Source: a candidate division FCPU426 bacterium
GTDB taxonomy: Bacteria; Oederibacteriota; Muellerivitia; Muellerivitales; Muellerivitaceae
Direction of reading: 5' to 3'
Assembly (NCBI GenBank): GCA_963796105.1
Contig: CAWCKJ010000011.1
Location: 64,001-128,000 of the forward strand
Length of the DNA stretch: 64,000 nucleotides
Part shown: positions 8,932-19,298 of the stretch, in pieces
Numbering within the stretch: position 1 is the stretch's first letter
Layout: every line of letters begins with the position of its first letter
The notes under the pieces: model-generated
Seen by the model: the letters and a program-made list of their open reading frames with translations, nothing else
Told to the model about the DNA's origin: nothing
Databases searched by the model: none
Position numbers and translations under genes: made by a program

Positions 8932-10882
8932 CTATGCTTTTGTGAGTCCCGTCACCTCGTAAACCCGCACCGGGTCGGTAAAGCCCTTCAAGGCGACCGG
9001 ATCCAGCGCCCTCACTTCCACCAGGCCCTTGAGCTTACGGTACATGTACTCCGAGATGAGAATCTGCCCTGGGACCGCCTTGGAGCAGAGCCGCGAGGCC
9101 AGGTTCACTTCCTCCCCGATCACCGTGTAGTCGGTGCGCTTGTCCGAGCCGAGGTTGCCGGATACCACCACGCCCGTGTTGATGCCCACCCCCATGGTCA
9201 GGGGCGTCAAATTCTTCTCGACCCTGGCGCGGTTGAATTTTCCCAGGACTTCCTGCATTTCCAGGGCGGCTTTCACGGCCCTCAATTCCTTGTCCTCGAA
9301 TGGTATGGGCGCCCCCCAGACCGCCATGAGGGCGTCCCCGATGAACTTATCCAGGGTTCCCTCGTATTTAATGACCACATCCACCATGAGGGTGAAATAC
9401 TCGTTCAAGTCCGCGACGATTTTCTCGGGCGGGGCCTTCTCGCTAAGGGCGGTGAACCCCCGGATGTCGGTAAAAAGAATGGCGCATTCCCGTCTTTCCC
9501 CCCTCAGGGCCACGCCTTCCTGACCAGCCAGGACCTTCTTAGCCACCTCCGGGGAAATGTATTTCCCGAGGATGCTCGTCACCCTCTCCTTTTCCCTCAA
9601 CCCCTCGATCATGCCATTGAAGGCGTCGGCCAGCAGGACCAGTTCGTCCTGGGTTTTCACGGACACCCTGGCGTTCAGGTTCCCCTTGGCGACTTCCTGG
9701 ACCCCCTTGATGAGGCTTCCCAAAGGCTCGGTGATTCTGCGGGCGATCAGCATGGCCAGGACGAACGCCACCACCACCCCCAGGGCGCCGATCACCACGA
9801 TGGAATAAGTAGATACCCACGGGCAAGCCCGTGGTCCTAAAATCAAAATTCAAGCAAAGTTCGCTTGCCGTGCCTTTGGCACGGTTGCCTTTCACCCACG
9901 GGCAAGCCCGTGGAACTCAAACCTGGCTTTGGAGGTTCCTCTGGGGCGCCAGGGCCTTGTCCAGGGACCGGAGGATGGCGTAGTCCCCCATGTCCTTCCC
10001 CTGGGTGTCGTTAAATGGGGAAAAGAGGGCCAGGTAATTCTCACCTGCCATTTTTAACGGGAGTGACGAGGGAGCCTCCCCCTTCCCGGACGGGACATCA
10101 GCCCCTGGGCCGGCCGAGGCTAGGCTTTTCTCCACCAGGGGTTTTTGGTCTTCCGGCCAGGTGGAGGCGAAAACCTTCCGGCCGATATAAACCGCGACTT
10201 CGCTGTCGGTCATTTTTTTCAATTGCTGGGCCAGGTCGTCGTCCAAAGGCGAGCCCAAGATCAGGGCACCCAGGATTTCCCCCCCGATATGGATCGGGAC
10301 GGTCACGGTCTGGAAGGCCTTTTGAACGGGCTTCCCTTCCTTATTCTCAAGCGGAAGGGGATAGATGAACCCGCCTCCGGAGGCTCCTCCCGCCAGGGCT
10401 TTTTTCACGTTGGGCCAGCCGTCCGCGAACACGAGTGGGAAGGGCTTGATCTTGCTCTGGTCTGGGTCGCGGCCCTCGCGCAGGGCCAGGTTCACCTCGG
10501 GGATATGGAAAGAGTCGAAAAGCACCTTCCCCCGCTTGTCCGTCACTAGGAAAAGCGGTTCCCTGACGGTCTCATTCAAGAGCATGCAGACGTCCGTCGT
10601 GGTGGCCACGTTGGGGTTGGGCACGTCGATGGCGGCCTTCAGGTGGGAATCATCCGCGATGAGCCGGGCCTTGGCGGTGAGGCTGGTGACGCGCTCCTGT
10701 ACGACGCGGTCGAAGACCGAAAGCGTGTTGGCCAGTTGGTTGTTGAGGGCGTCCTGGGCGAGGGTCCTAAGCCTTTCATTCAAGGTGAAGAGGACCGCGG
10801 AGACCAGCAGGACAACCAGGACCGTTACAGCGGCCAGGAGCTTGTCCCTGAGCCTGAAACGCGGCGCCCCCGGGGCGCTCAC
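8932..10882 (-). pseudogene. Membrane Cache-HAMP-class III adenylate/guanylate cyclase interrupted by a 112-bp insertion
   Basis: ORF 9917-10882 (TM + Cache) and ORF 8932-9846 (TM, HAMP, ILFTDIRGFT, KFIGDA, NLASRL) join in frame (..QSQV|YSIVVIG..) when 9809-9920 is removed. Confidence 0.88.
9809..9920 (+). mobile_element. Non-autonomous IS200/IS605-type palindrome-associated element (PATE-like)
   Basis: Two identical subterminal hairpins CCCACGGGCAAGCCCGTGG, internal hairpin CCGTGCCtttGGCACGG, ends in TCAA, no target duplication. Confidence 0.8.
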
Positions 10883-11577
10883 TTTTGGACCTGGCTGAGT
10901 GTGATATCCGCCCGGGCGGTTGCGCCCTTCACGACCGTGACCTCTTTTTCCATGGTGGCCCAGTAATCATGCCAGGCGGCGAGGGTGTAGGTGCCAGGCG
11001 GGATGCCCTCCAGCCTGAACTTCTGGCCGGGCTTGACGGTGGTGAAAAATGGGTTGTCCAGGACCAGGATGTTGCTTTTCATGTCCGAGTGGATTTCGCA
11101 ATAGACCTTCACCGGTACCTCCGACCGTACCATTTTCACGGAGGACTTTTCCCCCCGGCTTTTTTTACCCAGGTGGAAGCTGTTGGCTTGGGAATTGGTG
11201 AAAACATTGTGGTAAACCGGGTCGTGGTTCGTGAAATCCACCACGGTCCCTTTCAGGACGGGAATGACGTGGTGGGTGAATTGCAGGTACTTTTGGTCCA
11301 GTTTGACGTGTTCTTTGGGAGGGGTGAAATTCCCCGGCACTTTCTTGAGGTAAACCACCACTTCCTCAGGAACCGGATGCCTGGCTTTCAGGGTGTCGTA
11401 GTCGGCGTTGTCATAGAAGGAATGCATCTCGTCAAGCTCGTCCTCCGGCGCGGTTTTCCTCGGGGGGGCCGTGACTTTCAGGGTTCCTTCAAGGGAACCC
11501 AGGTCGGAGGCGGGGTTACCATAAGCCCAGGACCAGCCAACCAGGAATATAACAACTACAGCAATCCAAGACTTCAT
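10879..11577 (-). CDS. Exported cupredoxin-like protein with carboxypeptidase-regulatory-like beta domain
   Basis: Signal peptide; FTNHDPVYHNVF and YCEIHSDM (type-1 Cu ligands H...C-x2-H-x2-M); GIPPGTYTLAAWH. Confidence 0.8.
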   Translation of the reverse strand: MKSWIAVVVIFLVGWSWAYGNPASDLGSLEGTLKVTAPPRKTAPEDELDEMHSFYDNADYDTLKARHPVPEEVVVYLKKVPGNFTPPKEHVKLDQKYLQFTHHVIPVLKGTVVDFTNHDPVYHNVFTNSQANSFHLGKKSRGEKSSVKMVRSEVPVKVYCEIHSDMKSNILVLDNPFFTTVKPGQKFRLEGIPPGTYTLAAWHDYWATMEKEVTVVKGATARADITLSQVQK

Positions 11578-11641
11578 TCATCTCTCCCCAGAATTCCTAT
11601 TAGTAATTCATCTTTAAACTTATAGATTTTCTTAGCTTTTA

Positions 11642-11672
11642 CCTGTGGTTCTGAAAGAACCTGTGGTGAAAA
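11642..11672. repeat. Short family B-like repeat end
   Basis: cctgtggttctgaaagaacctgtggtgaaa. Confidence 0.45.
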
Positions 11673-11692
11673 TGAATTAAGATTTCTTCATT

Positions 11693-12949
11693 TTAGAAAC
11701 CGAAGGCCCACTGCGCCGCTACCTCGGCGGAGTTTCCACTGCTCGCCTGGATCAAGCGTCCCTCCAGCTTGAGGCAGGAAACCGTGGGAACAACTTCATA
11801 CCGGATGCCTGCCAGGTATTCGGTTTGGTTCTGGGCGAGCATGGCCGTGAAGAAGGGGTCCATGCCGTCCAGGTACAGGTTTTCCACCCGAAGATAGGGT
11901 TTCCAATCATCCGCCACACGCCATCCCAACTGGGCGTAAAAGGCCCTGTTTCCCGCCGTTCCCAACGTGGAAGAGCCCTGGATTTGGTCGTTGAAATCGA
12001 AGAACTCCCCAAACATCTCAAAGTCATCGTCCCGGTAGGCGATTTCACCGGCCACAATAACCTGGTTGAGCCCATTGAACAACAAAGGTGAACCTAGGAG
12101 GTCTGAGGTTTCCGGAATCGTGTCATACCTGTTCCAATCCGCCGAACACCCGACGCTGAAACCAGCGTTGGCCCAGGGTTTAAATACCAGCCGTCCCGCG
12201 AATATTTTTTGGTTGGTTCCCGCCCCCGCAGTGTTGTCGGTAAGTTCGGCCCCGATGACATGGCCGGATCCGTCACCCGTCAGGCCGATGCTTTCCCCGT
12301 TCCCCGCGTTAAGCTCGTATTTCAGGCTGGGCCCGCCCAGGGCGAGAATGCCGTCGGCGGTGATTCCGGTGACATGGACCGGGATAAGGCCCCCGTCGTC
12401 CTCGAAGGACAGGAAAAAGGGCCTCTCGATGGTGGTTTGAAGCTGGGCCGCGTACCCGAATGTGCGGTTCCAAAAGCCCAGGGCCGTATGGTCCCGTCCC
12501 GCGCTGATCCGGAGCTCGTTGGAAAATGTATAGCCGACCAGGACTCGGTCGACATTTAAGACAGGTCCATCATTCTCGAACTCCACCAGGTTCTCGTCAA
12601 CGAATGCCAAATGGTCCCCGTATCTTCCCGTCAAGAAAAGGGCCGCGGAACCGACTGAAAAACTATTGTTTGATGGAAAGGAACCGCTAGGGCCCGTCAA
12701 TTGGTAGTCCGCGTCGCCATAGACCCCGATCTTGATTCGGAGTTTACCCTCACGGATTTCCGTAGGTTGGCCGTCGTCCTTTTTTACGATTTTAGTCGGG
12801 CTGGGTTTGGCGGGCTGGGTTTTGGAAAGGGTATTTCCTCCATTGGCTCCCGAAGTTCCATCGCCTGGATCGGCCCAGGCGGTAAAATGCGATGAAGCCA
12901 GGATCAGGATAAAAGCGGAAACAAAAGCCCGGATTACAGTAATTTTCAT
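11693..12949 (-). CDS. Outer-membrane beta-barrel/porin-like protein
   Basis: Signal peptide, alternating beta-strand pattern, C-terminal Phe (QWAFGF). Confidence 0.75.
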   Translation of the reverse strand: MKITVIRAFVSAFILILASSHFTAWADPGDGTSGANGGNTLSKTQPAKPSPTKIVKKDDGQPTEIREGKLRIKIGVYGDADYQLTGPSGSFPSNNSFSVGSAALFLTGRYGDHLAFVDENLVEFENDGPVLNVDRVLVGYTFSNELRISAGRDHTALGFWNRTFGYAAQLQTTIERPFFLSFEDDGGLIPVHVTGITADGILALGGPSLKYELNAGNGESIGLTGDGSGHVIGAELTDNTAGAGTNQKIFAGRLVFKPWANAGFSVGCSADWNRYDTIPETSDLLGSPLLFNGLNQVIVAGEIAYRDDDFEMFGEFFDFNDQIQGSSTLGTAGNRAFYAQLGWRVADDWKPYLRVENLYLDGMDPFFTAMLAQNQTEYLAGIRYEVVPTVSCLKLEGRLIQASSGNSAEVAAQWAFGF

Positions 12950-12996
12950 CGAATATTCTCCCTGGTTAAAAAAATCCAGCGAACATAATATTTAAG

Positions 12997-13122
12997 TTCT
13001 GAAAAAGTCGGTATATCGCCGACTTTTTAAGCAACCATTGCTGGTAACCCCACGATTTCCTACGGAAATCTTTGGGGTCGAAACCTCTGTTTGACGCTTA
13101 ATTTTGGTTTTCAGAGGTTTCA
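12997..13122 (+). repeat. MITE-like element, family D, copy 1
   Basis: Colinear with the reverse complement of 14245-14376; ends in TTCAGAGGTTTCA. Confidence 0.8.
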
Positions 13123-13230
13123 ATTTTAATCTTTTGTCGTTACCTTGAATATTCAAACCTTACCAGGAAATCAGCCCAGCCTAAAAGGGTTCCTGCTTAA
13201 TAGCAAGACTCCGTCAAAAGCCGTATTGAT

Positions 13231-13746
13231 TCAGGGATTTTTAGAAGCTTTCTTCAAGGCGGCAAGAAGGGTGCTTCCCCTCGTCACGGATGTGTAGCGA
13301 GCCTGGACGATCCCGTTCTTGAAGACCATCAGGGTCGGGATATACATGATTTTATAATGGGCCGCGATTTCCCTGCCCTCGTCAGTATTAAGCTTTGCCA
13401 CCACCGCTTTGTCCCCGATTTGCTCGGCCACCTGCTCCACGATGGGCCCTTGCATCCGGCAGGGTCCGCACCAGGGCGCCCAAAAGTCCACCAGGACCGG
13501 TTTCTTGGATTTGAGAACGACCTTTTTCCAGGTATCGGGAGAGAGCTGGATCACGCCAGCCGGCGTGGCTGAGTCAGCGGATAAAGTTCCGAAGGAGGAG
13601 GCCAGGAACAATCCCATCATCATCACGCGCGGAAAGTTTCCGGATCTATTGATTTTAATTTCGCATTTCACCCTTTTATTTTCCGCTCGGCGGTAATACC
13701 CATAACCAAATAACCCGCCCATTAAAACCGCTAATAACAATGCCAT
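13231..13746 (-). CDS. Membrane-anchored thioredoxin
   Basis: [11 protein letters not shown]; hydrophobic N-terminal segments. Confidence 0.88.
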   Translation of the reverse strand: MALLLAVLMGGLFGYGYYRRAENKRVKCEIKINRSGNFPRVMMMGLFLASSFGTLSADSATPAGVIQLSPDTWKKVVLKSKKPVLVDFWAPWCGPCRMQGPIVEQVAEQIGDKAVVAKLNTDEGREIAAHYKIMYIPTLMVFKNGIVQARYTSVTRGSTLLAALKKASKNP

Positions 13747-13851
13747 GTCTCGCTCCCCTCAAATTCCGTTGGATTCATCACAAAGACATAATATGGCCGG
13801 CCGTTCCAAAAAATAAGACCTTTCGGAATAAATAACTCTCCGGTTTAAGTC

Positions 13852-14223
13852 TTAATCCTTTTTGGCGTAATTGGCCATTCCCAGGAAATCCACAAGCACG
13901 ACAGGCTCATTGCCCACAACCCAGCCGTCGTGCCCCGGGGGAATCGAGGAAACATCACCTGCCTTGCACTCATACTCGGTCCCGTCGTCCATCCGGACCC
14001 TCATCACCCCTGAGACATGGTATTGGAAATGGCGCGCCTCACAGCTTTCGGTCTTGACTATGGGTTTTATGGAACTGGACCACCTGAAACCCGGCAGGTA
14101 AGTCACCTTCCCGACGACCTTGTCCCCGAATTTGACCAGTTCGATTTTCCCGTTGGGTATTTCCCTGACCTCATCAGGATGGTCGAAGTTTTTCGCCTCC
14201 ACCTTTTTTTTGTCCATGAACAT
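13852..14223 (-). CDS. Cupin domain protein
   Basis: PGFRWS..SCEARH..IPPGHDGWVVGNEP. Confidence 0.85.
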   Translation of the reverse strand: MFMDKKKVEAKNFDHPDEVREIPNGKIELVKFGDKVVGKVTYLPGFRWSSSIKPIVKTESCEARHFQYHVSGVMRVRMDDGTEYECKAGDVSSIPPGHDGWVVGNEPVVLVDFLGMANYAKKD

Positions 14224-14244
14224 GGAGCCTCCCCTTTTTCAATC

Positions 14245-14376
14245 TGAAACCTCTGAAGAACTGTAAAAAGCGGCCAACAGAAGTTTCGACCCCAAAGATT
14301 TCCGCAGGAAATCGCGGGGTTTCCATAAATGGTTTTCTGAAAAAGAGGGCGATAGCCGACTTTTTCAGAGGTTACA
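14245..14376 (-). repeat. MITE-like element, family D, copy 2
   Basis: Terminal inverted repeats TGAAACCTCTGAA / TTCAGAGGTTACA; internal hairpins. Confidence 0.8.
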
Positions 14377-14505
14377 ATTTATGTATTCAAGCCTTGAAAC
14401 CGGGTCAGTATAGAAAAGGAGCTAGTGAAATTTCTCGGAGGGATAACTGATTTTTTTAGTGCGGGGACGGCAATTTCTATTAATTCTTGGCTTTTTTATC
14501 AGGAT

Positions 14506-15006
14506 TTATAACTCTTTTTCATACAGCCGGACCACCCACTGCTCCCAGGGCTTCGTACCGGCCTTTTTGAAACCGTTCGACTCATAATAGGCGCATAGAC
14601 GGCCGTTGGCGTCGTTGCAATCCAGCCTCACGTATTTCTTCCCGGCGCTTTCGGCGGCCTTTTCGATGAAAGCCAAAATCTCACGCCCGACACCTTTCCC
14701 GATGATGGAAGGGTCGATTCCCATGGTATGGATCCAGCAGGCCAGGCCGTCCTTCTTCATGGGATGCCAGAAGGTGTCGTCCCATTGTATGACGAAGACG
14801 CCGGATAAATTCCCGTCTTTCAGGATTTTGTAAACCTCCCCCTCCTGGAAACGGCGTTTGAGGATGACCGCCCCTTTTCTCTCTTCCAGGAACTGCTTCC
14901 ACTGGTCGAGGCCTTTTCTCTGGAGCCAAACGGCGATGCGCCTCAGCAAGGCCAGGATTTCATCGGAATCAGTTTGTTCCGCCCGTTGGAAGATCAGGTC
15001 ATTCAT
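14506..15006 (-). CDS. GNAT family N-acetyltransferase
   Basis: IGKGVG acetyl-CoA loop; RLDC..N..L..YYESNGF. Confidence 0.88.
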   Translation of the reverse strand: MNDLIFQRAEQTDSDEILALLRRIAVWLQRKGLDQWKQFLEERKGAVILKRRFQEGEVYKILKDGNLSGVFVIQWDDTFWHPMKKDGLACWIHTMGIDPSIIGKGVGREILAFIEKAAESAGKKYVRLDCNDANGRLCAYYESNGFKKAGTKPWEQWVVRLYEKEL

Positions 15007-15482
15007 GAATGGCAGTCGCTTTCAACAAGGCGCCTGTCCTTGGGGAATTTGTCCCAGCCGTTTTTGGAGGCGTATTCCAGGACCAGGGGAATCCTTTGGT
15101 CGAACATCCTCTTCCAGCCCCGGGCCATGATCTTTTTCACGAGGAGTCCCTTTAAGCCCTTGAACCCGTCCTGGACCAAGCTTAGCTTGGTTCCTTTCCC
15201 CTCTTCTTTGAGCTTCCAAGTAATCAGGAAGGGGTCTTTCCCCCCGTCGTTTCCACATTGGCTCCAGGAAAGTCGATGGGGTTCCTCCACCTCTAAAACC
15301 ACACAGCGGGCGATGCCGTCCCAGCCTGCCATGGGTTTGGCCCACATTTTGAATTTATAACCGACCTGGGGCTTGAATTCGTTTTTCATCAGCCATTGGG
15401 CGATGGATTCGGATTCGGTCAAAGCCTTCCACACATGCTCGATGGGATAGGGATAAAAAGCTTCCAGCTCAATCTCGGCCAT
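15003..15482 (-). CDS. SRPBCC/AHSA1-like domain protein
   Basis: IEHVWKALTESESIAQWLM...GTKLSLVQDGF; likely start MAEIEL. Confidence 0.85.
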   Translation of the reverse strand: MAEIELEAFYPYPIEHVWKALTESESIAQWLMKNEFKPQVGYKFKMWAKPMAGWDGIARCVVLEVEEPHRLSWSQCGNDGGKDPFLITWKLKEEGKGTKLSLVQDGFKGLKGLLVKKIMARGWKRMFDQRIPLVLEYASKNGWDKFPKDRRLVESDCHS

Positions 15483-15574
15483 CGATTCTCCTGAAATTAT
15501 TATTTTAAAAATTACGGAGGGGGTAGTAAGGGGGCGGATTAAGATTAACAAAATCCAAGCAACGGATTCAAAGT

Positions 15575-16054
15575 TTATTTATTCAGCTTATTCATTCCAT
15601 TTGATTTTCCGCAAAGGGTGCACTTTTTATTGTGGACGCAGATGATGCCTCCCCCGAAGTTACAGGACCATCGGATTTTCTCGTTCGCGGCGAATTCCCG
15701 GATCCCCGAATTCCGGATATTCCCCAGGTTCTCAATGATGCTCATTTGATATCGGGTTTTGTACCGGTGATCCAGGTGTTTGAGTTTGTCGCAGGGGAAT
15801 TTCCCGCACTCAAAACAATATCTCCCTTTGCTTTTTCTAAAAATTTCGCAGTTCCTGATCGTGCACTGAACGCAGCTTTTCGACTTATTGACATCGCGGC
15901 CCCTGCATCCGGGGCATTTTTTTGTCTTCCGCAAATTAGCCCTGCAAATACCGCAGTTCATCCCGCAGGGCGCGATCAGCGCAAGGTTACTCAAGGGTTT
16001 TTCTTTAACTCTCATCTCCCCCATTCCTCCCCCGAACGGATTCGAACGTTTCAA
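15575..16054 (-). CDS. DUF3795 family Cys-rich protein
   Basis: APCGMNCGIC..CPGC..C..C..CFECGKFPC; start uncertain. Confidence 0.8.
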   Translation of the reverse strand: MKRSNPFGGGMGEMRVKEKPLSNLALIAPCGMNCGICRANLRKTKKCPGCRGRDVNKSKSCVQCTIRNCEIFRKSKGRYCFECGKFPCDKLKHLDHRYKTRYQMSIIENLGNIRNSGIREFAANEKIRWSCNFGGGIICVHNKKCTLCGKSNGMNKLNK

Positions 16055-16151
16055 TAACCTTTCAGGGTAATTATTTTATCGTTTAAGGAAAAACAGCGGG
16101 GAATATTTGGAATAAATTGACGTTAAGTGGTTACCGGGAGTAACCGCCTTT

Positions 16152-17822
16152 TTATTTTTCGACTGGGCCCCGGGGATATATCCGCAAATAAGAAAGGTAT
16201 CCTCCCGGTAAGTTCCTGGCCTTGAACCCGTTTTGCAGAAGTATCCGGTTGGCGTAATAGGACCTTTGGCCGACCCGGCAATAGGCCCATATTTCTTTGT
16301 CTTTCGGCAGTTCCCCCAGCCGCCCGCGCAGCTCATTCACCGGGATGTTGACGGCCCCGGGGATGTGGCCGGAAGAATATTCCGAGGTATCCCGGACATC
16401 CAGAATGATTTTTTCAGTGGGCGTAAGGAGGGTACCCCAGTCGGCCAATTCCAAATCTCCCCTCATGACGTTGGACGCGATCATTCCAGCCAGGTTCACC
16501 GGATCCTTGGCCGCGCCGTATTGGGGCGCGTAACTCAACTCGGCTTCCTCCAAATCCTGGACCGTGCCTCCCATTTGGATCATGGCGGAGGCCACGTCCA
16601 CCCTCTTTTCCACCCCTTCCTCGCCCACGGCCTGGAAGCCCAGGACTTTCCCGTCCCGGCGGTCGAATAGAAGCTTGATGAAGATGGGTTTGGTGTTGGG
16701 GTAATAAGCCACATGGTGGCCGGGATGCAGGTAAACCTTGCCGTAATCCTTGAACCCATAAGCCTTGAGGGTTTTCTCGCTTTCCCCTGTTTGGGCGGCC
16801 GTCAGACCGAAGAGGCCGCAAACCGAGGTGGCCTGCACTCCGCGGAATTTTCTGGGTTTACCGGAAAGGACATCCGCGGCGATTCGCCCCTGGCGGTTGG
16901 CGGGACCAGCCAGGGGTATGAGTTTGGCCGCACCCAGGGGAAGGGTCTTCACTTCCACCGCGTCCCCCACAGCGAATATGGAAGGATCGCTGGTTCTCAT
17001 CTCGTCGTCCACCTTGATTCCACCCATGGGGCCTAATTCCAGTCCCGTTTCCCTGGCCAAATCCGTTTCCGGCCTCACTCCGATTGCGAGTATCACCATC
17101 CCAGCCTGGATTTTCTCTCCCGATTGGGTCATCACCGTCAGGCCGTTCGGACCGGTTTCGAAGGAAACAGCGCCGTCATTCAACCTTAAATCCACGCCCT
17201 TTTCCCTCAACTTTTCCTGGATGGGTTCCGCCATCTCAGGATCCAAGGGGGGCATGACCTGGGCGCTCATTTCCAGGATCGTCACCTGGAGCCCCTTATG
17301 GACCAGGTTCTCGGCCATCTCCAATCCCACGAAACCTCCTCCCACCACCAGGGCGTTCTTGACGTTCTTTTCCTCGATCCATTCGCGGATGCGCCTTGAG
17401 TCGGGGATGTTCCGAAGGGTGAAGATGCCGGGCAGATCAACTCCCGGCAAGGGGGGCTTGATAGGCTTGGCGCCGGGGGAAAGCACGAGGGCGTCGTAGG
17501 ATTCGGTGTATGTTTTTCCGGTGGCCAGGTCTTTTACCGAGATTTTTTTATTGGATCGGTCGATGGAAAGAACTTCGTTCTCCACCCTGACCTGGATATT
17601 GAAACGATCACGGAATAGGGCCGGCGTGGCCAGAAGGAGCTTTTTTTCCTCGGTGATCACCTCGCCCACGTAATAGGGCAGGCCGCAATTGGCGAAGGAG
17701 ACGTATTTTCCCCGGTCCAGCAGGAGGATTTCCAAATCCTCCCTTTGGCGCCGAAGCCTGGCCGCGCAGGATGCCCCGCCCGCCACTCCCCCGACAATCA
17801 CTACTTTTTTTAGTTTATCCAC
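16152..17822 (-). CDS. CoA-disulfide/persulfide reductase with C-terminal rhodanese domain (CoADR-RHD, Npsr-like)
   Basis: GGVAGGAS, SFANCGLPY redox Cys, GGGFVGLE, SYAPQY, C-terminal DVR..YCRVGQRS. Confidence 0.93.
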   Translation of the reverse strand: MDKLKKVVIVGGVAGGASCAARLRRQREDLEILLLDRGKYVSFANCGLPYYVGEVITEEKKLLLATPALFRDRFNIQVRVENEVLSIDRSNKKISVKDLATGKTYTESYDALVLSPGAKPIKPPLPGVDLPGIFTLRNIPDSRRIREWIEEKNVKNALVVGGGFVGLEMAENLVHKGLQVTILEMSAQVMPPLDPEMAEPIQEKLREKGVDLRLNDGAVSFETGPNGLTVMTQSGEKIQAGMVILAIGVRPETDLARETGLELGPMGGIKVDDEMRTSDPSIFAVGDAVEVKTLPLGAAKLIPLAGPANRQGRIAADVLSGKPRKFRGVQATSVCGLFGLTAAQTGESEKTLKAYGFKDYGKVYLHPGHHVAYYPNTKPIFIKLLFDRRDGKVLGFQAVGEEGVEKRVDVASAMIQMGGTVQDLEEAELSYAPQYGAAKDPVNLAGMIASNVMRGDLELADWGTLLTPTEKIILDVRDTSEYSSGHIPGAVNIPVNELRGRLGELPKDKEIWAYCRVGQRSYYANRILLQNGFKARNLPGGYLSYLRIYPRGPVEK

Positions 17823-17866
17823 CGGGTATCCTTCTTTCTAAAGATCGGGTTATTGAGTTTTTTCCT

Positions 17867-18232
17867 TTACTCCACGGGAAGGCCGCTTCGGCTCCAGGCC
17901 ATGATTCCACCCGCAATATGTGCCGCCTTGGTGAAACCTTTTTCCTTCAACAGACGCAAGGCCGTGGCGCTACGGCTTCCGCTTCGGCAATAAAGGATCA
18001 CGGGCTTGTTCTTGTCTACTTCACCAAGGCGTTTTCCCAATTCGTGGAGGGGAATCAACTTGGACCCGGCGATATGGCCTTGGCGATTTTCCTCTACGCT
18101 CCGAACATCAACGAGTTGGGGCGGGTTGCCGCCCTTTAACCGTTGGAAGGCTTCTTGCGGCGCCAGCTCGGCAGAAGGATCGGAAGGACCGACGCCCAGC
18201 AACATTTTGAACAACGAAATGATGCTTCCCAT
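17867..18232 (-). CDS. Single-domain rhodanese
   Basis: LVDVRS..GHIAGS..YCRSGSRS. Confidence 0.92.
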   Translation of the reverse strand: MGSIISLFKMLLGVGPSDPSAELAPQEAFQRLKGGNPPQLVDVRSVEENRQGHIAGSKLIPLHELGKRLGEVDKNKPVILYCRSGSRSATALRLLKEKGFTKAAHIAGGIMAWSRSGLPVE

Positions 18233-18310
18233 GCGAACTCCTTTTATAATGAATTTAAACTCAAAAAACCAATCACTGGCCTTTTTTATAACCGGTCATG
18301 AGAAAAATCG

Positions 18311-19298
18311 CATGCCTATCCGAACAACGCTTGCGCAGTAATGGGTTTTGCCAAAGCGCAAGCGGTTAAGGCCCGGTGAAATAAGGAATCTGGGTCATGG
18401 CGACGATTGAACCGATAAGTATATTCGCTCAAGTATCCAGGCAGATATTTCACGTTGACTCCATGATGGGTTCCTAGGATCCAAGCCTTGGCGTTGGAAA
18501 TGAATCGGTGGACCCAAGGTAACCAGTGATTTAACACCACTGGGTCATTGGCTGTTACCTGGTACTCCACATCCACGTTTTCCAAGTTTCTCAAGCTGGG
18601 ACTGGCATCCGTGTTTATCATGGCGCCTTTCTGGATTGCTTGATCGACGAATGCTTGGGCTTCCCACTTGGTTTCTGCGGTCACCTTTATCTTTGCAAAA
18701 CCCGCTTTCTCTTTTTTGCGCCCTTTCTCATCTATCCATTCTTTGCTTTCAACCGCCACCAGCACTTCAGCCTGGTTTTCCTTTTCTCTCTTGCCGAATA
18801 CAGCCCCATCCAACTCAATGATTTCCTTGAGTTGGTAATTTTCATCCCTTTGTCGAAGACTTTCCCGAATCTTATGCAACATCCTCCAAACGGTATCGTA
18901 GGAGGGCATTCCCAATTGCCGCTGAAGTTCCAGGGCTGAAATGCCCCTTTTCCCTTGCATCACCAATCCAATCATCCTCAACCAGGTTAAGATTGGGATC
19001 TTGGATTTCCGGAAGATCGTTCCGGCTCGAAGCCGTATTTGCTTTCGACAATAGTCACATTCCCGCACTTCGGGGCGGTTTTTGTGTTGCCAGAAACTTT
19101 CTCCTTCACATTGTGGGCAAACAAAGTCTTTTCCGGCAAAACGGCTCTTCCACACCCATTGACGTGCCTTTTCTTCTGTATCGATTTCCTTGAAAATCTC
19201 AATCCCCTTCATCCGTTGGTAGTTCATAATTTGCCCCTCCAACAATGAGTATACTCCTGTATTCCTTTATTTCAACAGGTACCGTTTGGAGAGGCATT
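18311..19298 (-). mobile_element. IS1595-family insertion sequence
   Basis: Imperfect TIRs (ATGCCTATCCGAAC / ATGCCTCTCCAAAC) and 8-bp target duplication AAAAATCG at 18303-18310 and 19299-19306. Confidence 0.92.
18316..19227 (-). CDS. IS1595-family DDE transposase
   Basis: Zn ribbon CPQC..CDYC, IELDG, INTD, YLSEYTYRFNRR. Confidence 0.93.
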   Translation of the reverse strand: MNYQRMKGIEIFKEIDTEEKARQWVWKSRFAGKDFVCPQCEGESFWQHKNRPEVRECDYCRKQIRLRAGTIFRKSKIPILTWLRMIGLVMQGKRGISALELQRQLGMPSYDTVWRMLHKIRESLRQRDENYQLKEIIELDGAVFGKREKENQAEVLVAVESKEWIDEKGRKKEKAGFAKIKVTAETKWEAQAFVDQAIQKGAMINTDASPSLRNLENVDVEYQVTANDPVVLNHWLPWVHRFISNAKAWILGTHHGVNVKYLPGYLSEYTYRFNRRHDPDSLFHRALTACALAKPITAQALFG

